Below, piece after piece: positions 53,502-61,757 of a DNA stretch of 64,000 bases. The notes below the pieces were generated by a model. That model was not told where the DNA came from. It saw only the letters and a program-made list of their open reading frames with translations, and made no database searches. The position numbers and the translations under genes were made by a program. Source of the stretch: Candidatus Bathyarchaeota archaeon (GTDB lineage Archaea > Thermoproteota > Bathyarchaeia > Bathyarchaeales > Bathyarchaeaceae). The stretch covers positions 33,914 to 97,913 of the forward strand of contig SOJZ01000005.1 in assembly GCA_004376295.1 (NCBI GenBank). The letters run 5' to 3'. Every line of letters starts with the position of its first letter. Position 1 is the first letter of the stretch.

Positions 53502-53509
53502 TGCATGCA
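53502..53509. repeat. TGCATGCA-type palindrome
   Basis: tgcatgca followed by an A-run. Confidence 0.75.
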
Positions 53510-53701
53510 AAAAAAGAAAACTTAGGCGAGGGACAAGAACAACATAGTATCTACCCATTTTCTAACGTTTTTAGTTTCCTTAAAGACCTCTCTTTCCTTG
53601 TAGAATACATTTGATAGTTTACTTATTCTCTCTAACAAGCAGAATGGTACATTTAGAGGGAATATCTGAACTATATTTCCCTGAATTGAGAAAAGGGGAC
53701 T

Positions 53702-53741
53702 TTCATTCTATAATCTACCATAGTTGGAAAAGAAGAATTAT
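53702..53741. repeat. ACTGTAAYTTCTTCATTCTATRATCTANCATAGTTRG repeat, copy 2
   Basis: ttcattctataatctaccatagttggaaaagaagaattat. It lies 3' of the membrane-protein gene 53802..54176. It is identical at 39 of 40 positions to 55777-55816. Confidence 0.8.
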
Positions 53742-53801
53742 TTAGTGTTACTTCATCATGCTTGATACTCGTATAGCAGATTTCAAAACAGTTGTTAGAA
53801 A

Positions 53802-54176
53802 TTAGTAAGGGATGGAAAAATGTACGATTATGGTTGTAGCACATAGTATGAGACCGATTATTACCATGATTGTTCCTTCTTGTCGATAACGTTGCCTTTC
53901 TTTGGGTTTCAATTTTGCAAATTTTCTAAAATCAATCCATCCAGTACGAAATCCTCTTGAGTAGGGGATGCTGTCCTCTCTGTAGATATAAGAACCGAGA
54001 ATCTGGAAAACTCCTGCAATCAAAATGAATAATGCTTCGTATGTGAGAATTAGGGTAAATAGATAAAGAGTTCTGAAGACCCATAGAATGCACAATGCTA
54101 TTAGACTCAGAACTGCAATTAGTCCTAAAATCTTTGCGACAAAGGACACCCAATGGGCATTTCGATTAGACGTCAA
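53802..54176 (-). CDS. small polytopic membrane protein (paralog of 41025..41420)
   Basis: 124 aa and collinear with the 41-kb paralog, including RQRYRQEGTIMVIIGLIL versus RKRYRKEGTIIVMIGSIL. Confidence 0.6.
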   Translation of the reverse strand: MTSNRNAHWVSFVAKILGLIAVLSLIALCILWVFRTLYLFTLILTYEALFILIAGVFQILGSYIYREDSIPYSRGFRTGWIDFRKFAKLKPKERQRYRQEGTIMVIIGLILCATTIIVHFSIPY

Positions 54177-54202
54177 CCCTCACCTACTTCACTTGACATA
54201 TC

Positions 54203-54245
54203 CATTCAACTTCTACTAAAGATTTAAGAAAGAAACTTCTATGTG
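54203..54245. promoter_or_regulatory. ~40-bp bidirectional promoter cassette, copy A
   Basis: cattcaacttcTACTAAAGATTTAAGAAAGAAACTTCTATgtg, immediately upstream of the minus-strand gene 53802..54176. Confidence 0.55.
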
Positions 54246-54512
54246 AAATTGCTTGATATATCGATTTTTTATATATTCCGAAGACGAAATAAGCAGTATA
54301 TTAAGATACACGATACAAATTCTTGTTGGTGATTGCTGAAATGAAGAAGAAGCTTGAACTAGGTTCTCAGGCAATGAGATTGCTTCTTGAACTCAATTTG
54401 CTCTTCTCCTTGAGGTAGCGTCAATATCGGTTCTTGAAGAATTGTACTAGAGAAATCTTCTATGTCTCTCACGTCTTATAGGTTCATGAACACGGAATAC
54501 TTCATAGACTGA

Positions 54513-54797
54513 TTAGACTAGTATACATTGACACTTGATATTCTTATTGGGTAATGATTTCCTTTGTGCAAATCCTTCTCTAACATATTCTACGGATAGG
54601 ATAATGAAAAGTGAAACTAGAACAACTATCAATATGGTTCTATCCGATCCTTCAGTGAAAAGCCAAACGTATGCGAGCGCCCCCATTATTACCCAACCTA
54701 AAGTTAGGAATACACCTCTAGCTATACGCATCTTTATCTCTCCAAGGATTACTCTTTTTATTCCCCATTTATCCCTTCTTTTCTCTTTATCGTCCAT
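54513..54797 (-). CDS. small two-TM membrane protein
   Basis: Start taken at the ATG at 54797 (MDDKEKRRDKWG). It has two hydrophobic helices and lies ~30 nt from the TTTAAG core of cassette copy B. Confidence 0.5.
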   Translation of the reverse strand: MDDKEKRRDKWGIKRVILGEIKMRIARGVFLTLGWVIMGALAYVWLFTEGSDRTILIVVLVSLFIILSVEYVREGFAQRKSLPNKNIKCQCILV

Positions 54798-54805
54798 ATT
54801 ACATA

Positions 54806-54849
54806 CATTCAAGTTGTACTAAAGATTTAAGAAAGAAACTTCTATAGTG
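54806..54849. promoter_or_regulatory. ~40-bp bidirectional promoter cassette, copy B
   Basis: cattcaagttgTACTAAAGATTTAAGAAAGAAACTTCTATagtg. The 29-nt core is identical to copy A. The A/T-rich ATTTAAGA core lies 24-31 nt from the ATG of the PLD gene (54855) and ~27-34 nt from the ATG of the divergent gene (54797). Confidence 0.6.
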
Positions 54850-54854
54850 CAGAA

Positions 54855-55730
54855 ATGGTGTCTCTGATGAATAGAGAATGGATTCCTTTCGTTGTTTTAT
54901 TCTTGACTGCTGGAGTTGTGGTAGGTTATGCTTCCTCTTATGAAGAAATTTCAAGACTTCAATCAGAAATCTCAACAATGACAACCGAGTTTAGCGATCT
55001 CAATGTCGTATACGAACAGTTGGAAGATGATTACAGCAGTCTGAACTCAACACACAATGAGCTGAAAGCAAACTGTACTCTACTGCAATCAGAGGTCTTG
55101 ACGTTGACAACTAATTATGATAATCTTAATGCAACATACAGCACGTTGCTTGGTAACTATAGGCAACTTGAAGATGCATATGAACTCCTTAATGGTAGCT
55201 ATACTTCTTTGAACTCTAGCTATAGTGAACTCCAAATGCATTACGAAGAGGCTACGGAAAGAATCGCTGAATTGGAGCAAATGGTGGATGTTCTCTTGGA
55301 TAGGGAATATTATCAGTCCGTGAAAGATGATATGGAAAATGCTAGTGAGACAATCTTAGTTGCCATGTATTCTATGATATATGATCCAGGCGACTTAGAC
55401 GATTGGGCTAATGATCTGATTAGAGAACTTGTTAATGCCAAAGATAGAGGGGTTAATGTAACTGTAATCATTGAGAATAGAACCTATTTCGGCTATATGA
55501 ATGACAATCTGGAGGCATACCAGTATCTATCAGAAAATAATGTCACAGTACAGCTAGATAATGAGGATGACACTGATCATATGAAACTCGTAATAATAGA
55601 TGACAACATTGTTTACGTTGGGTCGCATAATTGGAGTGAATCTGGGCTTTACTACAACCATGAAACTTCGGTTAAGATAGTTAGTGAGGATATCGCTGAG
55701 ATATTCACAGCATACTTCGAGACTATTTAG
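54855..55730 (+). CDS. membrane-anchored single-HKD phospholipase D/nuclease-family protein
   Basis: 291 aa with an N-terminal TM helix and ~110 aa of sequon-rich coiled-coil-like repeats. The C-terminal PLD domain has a perfect HxKx4Dx6GSxN motif (HMKLVIIDDNIVYVGSHN). Confidence 0.8.
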   Translation: MVSLMNREWIPFVVLFLTAGVVVGYASSYEEISRLQSEISTMTTEFSDLNVVYEQLEDDYSSLNSTHNELKANCTLLQSEVLTLTTNYDNLNATYSTLLGNYRQLEDAYELLNGSYTSLNSSYSELQMHYEEATERIAELEQMVDVLLDREYYQSVKDDMENASETILVAMYSMIYDPGDLDDWANDLIRELVNAKDRGVNVTVIIENRTYFGYMNDNLEAYQYLSENNVTVQLDNEDDTDHMKLVIIDDNIVYVGSHNWSESGLYYNHETSVKIVSEDIAEIFTAYFETI

Positions 55731-55765
55731 AATATCAGTAATCAAGCCACACTTGATTTTGACAA

Positions 55766-55816
55766 ACTGTAATTTCTTCATTCTATAATCTAGCATAGTT
55801 GGAAAAGAAGAATTAT
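55766..55816. repeat. ACTGTAAYTTCTTCATTCTATRATCTANCATAGTTRG repeat, copy 3
   Basis: actgtaatttcttcattctataatctagcatagttggaaaagaagaattat, between the PLD gene stop and the 3' end of 55790..56029. Confidence 0.8.
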
Positions 55817-56029
55817 CAATATTTCTCTTCCTTTGTAGCACCATAAACAGCCACAAGGAAACCAATAACTGAGAGTGCAATACTGAGAAACCAGATATTT
55901 CGAACATACACCAGTTTCTCTATAGATGTGTCCAGCACCTAGAATGAAATTACTCTGCAGAAAAAGAACTAAGCCTATTCCCAAACATACTGCGCCTGCA
56001 AACAAAGTGGCTTTGTTCACATCAGACAC
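55790..56029 (-). CDS. small membrane protein, probably frameshifted
   Basis: The listed frame gives one TM helix and then Cys/Trp-rich nonsense running into the repeat. A frame offset by one (55819-55920) encodes a clean second TM helix, NIWFLSIALSVIGFLVAVYGATKEEKY*. Confidence 0.4.
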   Translation of the reverse strand: MSDVNKATLFAGAVCLGIGLVLFLQSNFILGAGHIYRETGVCSKYLVSQYCTLSYWFPCGCLWCYKGREILIILLFQLC

Positions 56030-56047
56030 CTACTCAACCTAGTATAT

Positions 56048-56090
56048 CATTGAAACTTGTACTAAAAATTTAAGAAAGAAAGTTGTAGTG
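56048..56090. promoter_or_regulatory. ~40-bp bidirectional promoter cassette, copy C
   Basis: cattgaaacttgTACTAAAAATTTAAGAAAGAAAGTTGTAGtg, between divergent genes 55790..56029 (-) and 56112..56342 (+). Confidence 0.55.
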
Positions 56091-56111
56091 GGTGATGGTG
56101 TGTGATGGTTT

Positions 56112-56342
56112 ATGAAGTGTTACAACTGTGGCAAGATTGAAAAAATCGTTAAAATAGGTAAGGAACTCGTTTCAGATATTGACCGAATCGAAACTGATTT
56201 GAAAAAATACTCTGAAGAAGAAGAGAAATTTATGCCATTATGCCAGAAGTGTCTCAAGGACTGGCAAGACGGTAAAGTAAAAGGTATTGAAGAGAAATGG
56301 ATTGCAGAGAAAAATAAGTGGGAATATATCTCTCTAGAATAG
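56112..56342 (+). CDS. small CxxC...CxxC (zinc-ribbon-like) protein
   Basis: 76 aa with CYNCG near the N-terminus and CQKC about 40 aa later. Confidence 0.45.
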   Translation: MKCYNCGKIEKIVKIGKELVSDIDRIETDLKKYSEEEEKFMPLCQKCLKDWQDGKVKGIEEKWIAEKNKWEYISLE

Positions 56343-56481
56343 TAAGGGAGTACCAGTGTTACCCTACCTATGTTTCCTCAAATATTTTACAGAGGAATAG
56401 GAAGGATTTTTAGTCTTTCCTATCTAAATTCAATAGATAATTAGAGTAGGGATGATCGCATGTCTTCTGCAAGACTTATTT

Positions 56482-56883
56482 TTAAGGTATGTCACCCTCT
56501 ACTTCTAGATGAGACTTTTGTCTCAGATAAATGACGGGCACACTTATAATCCTTAACCTTTTTCTAAGCTCTCGGTCGTTTGTAGCAACTGGGCATCTCC
56601 AATCTTTTGCCACTCGAACAATCACATCATCATGCGTCTCTTTGAAACTCTGTTCAACATTGACCATGCGGCATTTTTCAGCGAGCTTGAGTGCCAACGA
56701 CGCTTGTTGACGCATTTTGGGAGAACCTTTCTCCGCTATCTTTAGAAGTTCCATGCGTGTTGGAGAAAGAAGAACGGGGTCAAACCTTCGGTTAAGGATG
56801 TTTTCTAGTTCTTTAAATATGTCTACATGGAATTGTGCGGGGATAAAAAGGAAGTTTGAGTCCAGAATCACTTTAGTTTTCAA
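56482..56883 (-). CDS. PIN-domain protein (Fcf1/COG1412-like)
   Basis: 133 aa with VILDSNFLF and VATNDRELRKRL. It is in the conserved position next to aIF2-gamma. Confidence 0.8.
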   Translation of the reverse strand: MKTKVILDSNFLFIPAQFHVDIFKELENILNRRFDPVLLSPTRMELLKIAEKGSPKMRQQASLALKLAEKCRMVNVEQSFKETHDDVIVRVAKDWRCPVATNDRELRKRLRIISVPVIYLRQKSHLEVEGDIP

Positions 56884-56923
56884 GCCTTACCCAGCAACAC
56901 CTTAAATGAAAGCCTCTGCTTGC

Positions 56924-58162
56924 TTAACCTTTTATTATTCCGTAGCCAATGAGGCGCCATCTTCCTGCAATTTTTCTGCTGATGGCTGCTCGGAATTTCT
57001 CTTCAACGCACATGGGGCGTCCTAACCGAAGAGTAGCGTTTTCTTCTTTTATAGAGATGACTTCTCCTGTGGTTATGGCGGTTCCAACATCGAGTAGAAG
57101 GCGTTCACCCATACTTACTTTGTCGATTTGCATCAGTTCCTTTGTTCCTACGGCGCGTTCAAAAAGATGCGTTTCTAAAGTCAACTCTGAGCGGGTTGGC
57201 GGAAGCATACTAGTCTTTCCGGCAAGGTTTCCGACGAGGCCGTCAGCCTTGGTCAGAGAAGGATCTAGAAGGGTCCCGATACCTACCAATCCTCCACACA
57301 TAGCTTCTTTAACTGCTTTTCCACCCGCATAGAGACTGGCGATCTTAGTGAAAAGAGGTTGATAACTCATTTTTCCTTGTTTTTCAATTCGGATTCCGGG
57401 GCGCATCTCTATTTCGTCTCCTGATTTGAATTTTCCTTGAAGGATGCTGCCGCCGATCACTCCTCCTGCTAGTTTCTCCACTGAGGTTCCAGGTTTATTT
57501 ATGTCAAAGGAGCGTACGACATACATTCTTGGAGACTTTGCGAGGTCTCGGCTAGGAGTAGGGATGTGTTGTTGCAATGCTTGAATGAGGATGTCAATGT
57601 TCACGGAGTGTTGAGCAGAAACTGGGATGATCGGTGCGCCATCAGCCACCGTCCCTTTGACAAACTCAACTATCTCCTGATAACTCTCTAAAGCCCGTTT
57701 TTCATCCACTATATCAATCTTGTTTTGAGTGATGACAAGATTTTTTATTCCGGTGATTTCGATGGCTGCTAGGTGTTCCCGAGTTTGTGGCTGTGGACAA
57801 TGTTCATCGGCTGCTATGACCAGTATGGCTCCGTCCATAACGGCTGCTCCGGAAAGCATTGTGGCCATAAGGGCTTCATGACCCGGCGCATCCACGAAAC
57901 TTACTGCTCGAATGAACTCGCTGGGTGAGCCACAGTGGGGGCATGTTGGTTTAGTGGAGTAAGACTGTGGAGGTTTGCATTGAGGACATTTGTAGATGGG
58001 GGCGTCGGCGTAACCGAGCTTGATGGTTATGCCCCGCCTCAGCTCCTCGCTGTGTCTAGCTGCCCAAACACCTGTTATTGCCTTTACCAATGTGGTTTTT
58101 CCGTGATCCACATGCCCGATGGTTCCGATGTTGACTTCAGGTTGTTTGGGTAGTTTTTTCAG
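56924..58162 (-). CDS. eif2g: translation initiation factor aIF-2 gamma
   Basis: The GTPase motifs are unmistakable, but the listed ORF starts at the GTG (58111) inside the P-loop (GHVDHGKTT). The in-frame upstream sequence reads KKLPKQPEVNIGTIGH with no ATG/GTG/TTG back to a TGA. The 5' end is provisionally set at the CTG at 58162. Confidence 0.85.
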   Translation of the reverse strand: MKKLPKQPEVNIGTIGHVDHGKTTLVKAITGVWAARHSEELRRGITIKLGYADAPIYKCPQCKPPQSYSTKPTCPHCGSPSEFIRAVSFVDAPGHEALMATMLSGAAVMDGAILVIAADEHCPQPQTREHLAAIEITGIKNLVITQNKIDIVDEKRALESYQEIVEFVKGTVADGAPIIPVSAQHSVNIDILIQALQQHIPTPSRDLAKSPRMYVVRSFDINKPGTSVEKLAGGVIGGSILQGKFKSGDEIEMRPGIRIEKQGKMSYQPLFTKIASLYAGGKAVKEAMCGGLVGIGTLLDPSLTKADGLVGNLAGKTSMLPPTRSELTLETHLFERAVGTKELMQIDKVSMGERLLLDVGTAITTGEVISIKEENATLRLGRPMCVEEKFRAAISRKIAGRWRLIGYGIIKG

Positions 58163-58589
58163 TCGATGGGCCTCCCTCTTTTTCTGTCTTCTCTGGCTTT
58201 TTCACTTTGACTTTAGCCTTTTTCACTCCTTTAGCTTTTTTCGGTTTCTCAACAATTTTCATGTTTATCTGAACAATATCTTCAGTTATGACGTTTCCTC
58301 GGAGAGTTTTTCTTCTCCTCTCTCCTTTTCTGTGAGAGTGAAAACCTACTCCTTCGCTCAAAATCACCCTAATTCGGACCCCTCCGTGAACGTTGGGTCT
58401 AATGGGGAAGCCGTCCTTGTCTGATCCTCCGGTTATCTGTAGCTTGTAGCCAGGCGTTCCAACCACGGATCCGTTTACCATCTCTCCCGTTTTTTTCCCA
58501 ATCAAAGGAACGGCGCGGGTGCCCTCCACCTCCGTGAATCGAGCTTTACCTGTCTCTGGATCGGATATTATTATCTTGAATTTCGCCAT
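58137..58589 (-). CDS. rps6e: 30S ribosomal protein S6e with a K-rich C-terminal extension
   Basis: 150 aa with KFKIIISDPETGKA and QITGGSDKDGFPIRPNVHGGVR. Confidence 0.9.
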   Translation of the reverse strand: MAKFKIIISDPETGKARFTEVEGTRAVPLIGKKTGEMVNGSVVGTPGYKLQITGGSDKDGFPIRPNVHGGVRIRVILSEGVGFHSHRKGERRRKTLRGNVITEDIVQINMKIVEKPKKAKGVKKAKVKVKKPEKTEKEGGPSTEKTTQTT

Positions 58590-58732
58590 ACGCGATGTTT
58601 CTCCTCGAATGAATTCTTTGGTGACGTTAACTGAAACGAGGTATTCATTTATTAAGGATTCTATTGACGCAGATAGCGCTAATTCTTAGTAGCTATCGAT
58701 GAATTCTGGCGCGTTAACTGTTTCTTTTAATC

Positions 58733-59899
58733 TCATCTTTTCCGCCTAGAAACGTATGTATAAACCACTATGATGACACATGTGGTTACGACTATTATTA
58801 TAAGAATACGTTGAACCCATCTTTCTACAATGATTTCCCAGAGGCTTTGTCGGGATGTCCAGATCATCTCATCTTCTGCGTAGATATAAAAACCGTTTTC
58901 AGTAATGAAATCCCGGTACGCCCAGGATGAGGCCACGTAATCCCTTTCACTGATGTTCATATACTGGATTGTTCTAGTGTCTGAAACTACTGCTGTTTTT
59001 ATTGCGTTGAGGGGATTACTGAACCCGCCTTTGGGGTAGGTGAGGTCGACTGGTAGCCATCCCCACGGCGGAATATACACTATTGCCCATCCATGCCATC
59101 CAATCTGCCTTGCTACATTTGTCACATGGCCGTCCCAACTTGTCTCGTTTGAGTATTGACTAGGCAGATATATGCAGCCGATTTGAAGGTAGGATGGAAT
59201 TCCAAGGATACGGCAGAATGTGACTAACAGAATTGCTTGATCGTCACAGTCACCCTCTCGATAATGAAGTGTTTGGTTTGGATAGAGTGGAACTTCGTGC
59301 AAAACTTTGTGTGGTTCACTTGGAAATGGGTAGTCAATATTGTCCCAAATCCACTCGATGAATTCCTTGACAATTTTGAGAACATTCGTCTCGTTGCCTG
59401 CTATCGCGTGCGCTTGTTCTTTGATCATTTGATTTTCAATTTGCCATGTGTTGTCTGCCTTACAATATTTTTTACGTAAATTCATTGCGATGTTTTCAAG
59501 AGCCCCCGAATTCTCCTCCGTTATTGTAGGAAGTGAGCGAGATTTTGAAAGAACCTGATATGTGACAGAGTAACTTATGTTTTCTCCTGGATTAAGCTCC
59601 GATTGAAATTGCAAAACCGCTATTGGGTTTCCATCGTCGTCTTCTGTGATATTCTGTAAGGGATATGAATGGTTTATCAAGTGGACTGTTTGCCACGTGT
59701 TGTTCATAAATAAGCTGACTGCTCGGTCTTCTTCAGTAAGATTCCAGAATTTTTCGTCTTCTTTGTTAGAGAATGTAACCGTTGACCTGATGATATAGCT
59801 TACGTCCCCCGTTTTGCTCTCTAACATTGTGAAACTGTAGAACGTGAAGGAGGCAAGTAACACAAATAGAACGAAGCTAACAGCTATCATCTTTTCCAA
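58733..59899 (-). CDS. transglutaminase-like domain membrane protein
   Basis: 388 aa with N- and C-terminal TM helices and a Cys-His-Asp core context (REGDCDDQAILLVTFCRILGIPS...GWHGWAIVY...LPVDLT). Confidence 0.75.
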   Translation of the reverse strand: MEKMIAVSFVLFVLLASFTFYSFTMLESKTGDVSYIIRSTVTFSNKEDEKFWNLTEEDRAVSLFMNNTWQTVHLINHSYPLQNITEDDDGNPIAVLQFQSELNPGENISYSVTYQVLSKSRSLPTITEENSGALENIAMNLRKKYCKADNTWQIENQMIKEQAHAIAGNETNVLKIVKEFIEWIWDNIDYPFPSEPHKVLHEVPLYPNQTLHYREGDCDDQAILLVTFCRILGIPSYLQIGCIYLPSQYSNETSWDGHVTNVARQIGWHGWAIVYIPPWGWLPVDLTYPKGGFSNPLNAIKTAVVSDTRTIQYMNISERDYVASSWAYRDFITENGFYIYAEDEMIWTSRQSLWEIIVERWVQRILIIIVVTTCVIIVVYTYVSRRKR

Positions 59900-60128
59900 A
59901 GTTTAACCGCTCCTCTACGTGAGTTCTCTCCTATTGACAAGAGTTAAGGATGATTCGTTGGCAACAATCATGTAATATCATTAACATAACATTACGTTCT
60001 TGAATTTTTAGGTTTAGTTAAGTAATTTCGCATGGCGAGCTTTTCAAAAGCTGATGCTGTGCTCTATCCATTCGTCATCCACTGTTTTCCTGCACAGAGA
60101 CGTGAAAAAGAGAGAGAAAGGCTAGAGT

Positions 60129-61595
60129 TTATTCTACGTGCACCCTGAAAAGGTCTATGTCCCGCTTCATCTCTCTGGTACATTCTAGGAATTCCCTAAC
60201 AGAGTGTTCGACGTCTCTCGACTGCGTTATATACCTCCCAACAATGATAATGTCTGCTCCCTCTGCAAAAGCCTCTGGTGCAGTTTCAGGGGTTATCCCA
60301 CCTGCAACCGCCACTAGGAACTTCTTATCTCTAAAGACCCGTCGAAATTCTTTGATGAGATACCAACGCGGTTTCCCAGTTTTTTCCACATCGATGGCGC
60401 GATGCAAAATTACGATGTCGGGGAATTCTGTAAGTGACTGAAACTTCTTAACAGGTTCTTCAACGTTCATCATGTCCACCACCGCGTAAATCCCAAGTTT
60501 CTTTGCCTCGTAAATGAATTTGTTAAGAGTCCCTGCAGCTGCTAATCCAGAAGCCACAACTGCATCCGCTGTCTCCTCAAATGCTAGGTCAACTTCCACT
60601 TTTCCAACATCTAGAGTTTTCAAATCGGCGACGATGAACACGTCTCGAGCTGTTTCCCTTAGATCACGAATTACCTTTACTCCGTATTTCTTCAGTAGCG
60701 GAGTGCCGACTTCTAGAATGATTCTGTCGCTCTTAGGTAATTGGCTTATGATCTTTTTTGTTCTTTCTAGACTGGGGATGTCGAGTGCTATTTGTAGATA
60801 AGGTGGTCTCCACAATCGAGGTACCTTGAATCCCATGATGGGATGTTTCGCCCGATCTTTGTCATACATGATTTTCTTCAGCGGCGGATACTGGGCTAGA
60901 GCCCTTTTCAAGGATAATCTAGTCGCGCCATAGTTGTATTGGTAAATCCTCCGGTAGTCCTCTGCCTTCGGATGTACAAACACACTGCATACAATCACCC
61001 AGTCATCAACCTTATCCTCTGGTATGATGCCTTCTTCCACGGAGTCAGCCACTGCTTTGGCTATCGCGGCTTGGGCTGGTCCAAAGATCTTTTCGGTTTG
61101 TTCAAAGTTTTTCACGGTAACTTTTGGAACCAAAAGCGTGTGTGGCTTAGGAGGAAGGTTAGGTCTAATAACTGCAAGAAGCGGCGTGTGACCTGCAGAT
61201 AAGTTTGATAAACCGTTGGCAAAAGCTGCTCCCACAGGGCCATCCTTGTCTCCAATCATCAGGTCAACATGGGCAACCTCAGAGCCCTCACCCATCAACG
61301 CTTCGCCTATTAGATAAGTAGGTTTTTCACGTCTTTCTACAGCTTCTATAAATGTCGGTTTTCTCTCTTCAACATCTTCGAAGTTAACGCCAAACTCCTT
61401 CATCCACTCGTAAAGCGTATCACGATGTATCTTCATTATCTTCGCCGTGCCAGAAACCGTCGGTTTTATCGACTTTCTCTTTCTAGCTTTTCTTTCTTCT
61501 ACCTCTTTCTTCTTTGCTACCGCAAGTAATCTGACGAAATCTTCTATGGTCTCGGGCTTTTTACGATCAAAATCCGACACTAAACACACTTCCAT
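60129..61595 (-). CDS. Fae-Hps fusion (formaldehyde-activating enzyme / 3-hexulose-6-phosphate synthase) with an N-terminal HTH extension
   Basis: 488 aa. Residues ~95-260 are Fae-like (LIGEALMGEGSEVAHVDLMIGDKDGPVG). The C-terminal part is HPS/OMPDC-like (YLQIALDIPSLE...LEVGTPLLKKYG...ADLKTLD). The first ~90 aa contain a Fis-type HTH-like segment, TVSGTAKIMKIHRDTLYEWMKEFGV. Confidence 0.85.
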   Translation of the reverse strand: MEVCLVSDFDRKKPETIEDFVRLLAVAKKKEVEERKARKRKSIKPTVSGTAKIMKIHRDTLYEWMKEFGVNFEDVEERKPTFIEAVERREKPTYLIGEALMGEGSEVAHVDLMIGDKDGPVGAAFANGLSNLSAGHTPLLAVIRPNLPPKPHTLLVPKVTVKNFEQTEKIFGPAQAAIAKAVADSVEEGIIPEDKVDDWVIVCSVFVHPKAEDYRRIYQYNYGATRLSLKRALAQYPPLKKIMYDKDRAKHPIMGFKVPRLWRPPYLQIALDIPSLERTKKIISQLPKSDRIILEVGTPLLKKYGVKVIRDLRETARDVFIVADLKTLDVGKVEVDLAFEETADAVVASGLAAAGTLNKFIYEAKKLGIYAVVDMMNVEEPVKKFQSLTEFPDIVILHRAIDVEKTGKPRWYLIKEFRRVFRDKKFLVAVAGGITPETAPEAFAEGADIIIVGRYITQSRDVEHSVREFLECTREMKRDIDLFRVHVE

Positions 61596-61757
61596 AACAA
61601 AGCATCACAAAACGACTATTTAAATTTGTCGGAACAACATTCTAGTGAAGTCTCTAATAAGAATCCCGACGATTTCTTATAGAATGCCTTTCATTAATGC
61701 CTTGTTCTTGTCCGACAACTGTTGAACAATGTGATGTCCACTTTCTGAAATCCGACA
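61573..61757. promoter_or_regulatory. cluster of four exact TCCGACA heptamers around the fae-hps start
   Basis: TCCGACA occurs at 61573-61579, 61711-61717 and 61751-61757. Its reverse complement TGTCGGA occurs at 61627-61633. There is a partial copy (tcccgacg) at ~61664. Confidence 0.4.

Noticed and set aside
52900-56400. Calling the AT-richer patch an integrated virus, plasmid or transposon.
   Set aside because: There is no integrase, transposase, capsid or replication gene, no tRNA target and no terminal direct repeats. Only indirect signs are present (a truncated P-loop ORF, a frameshifted gene, repeated promoter cassettes).
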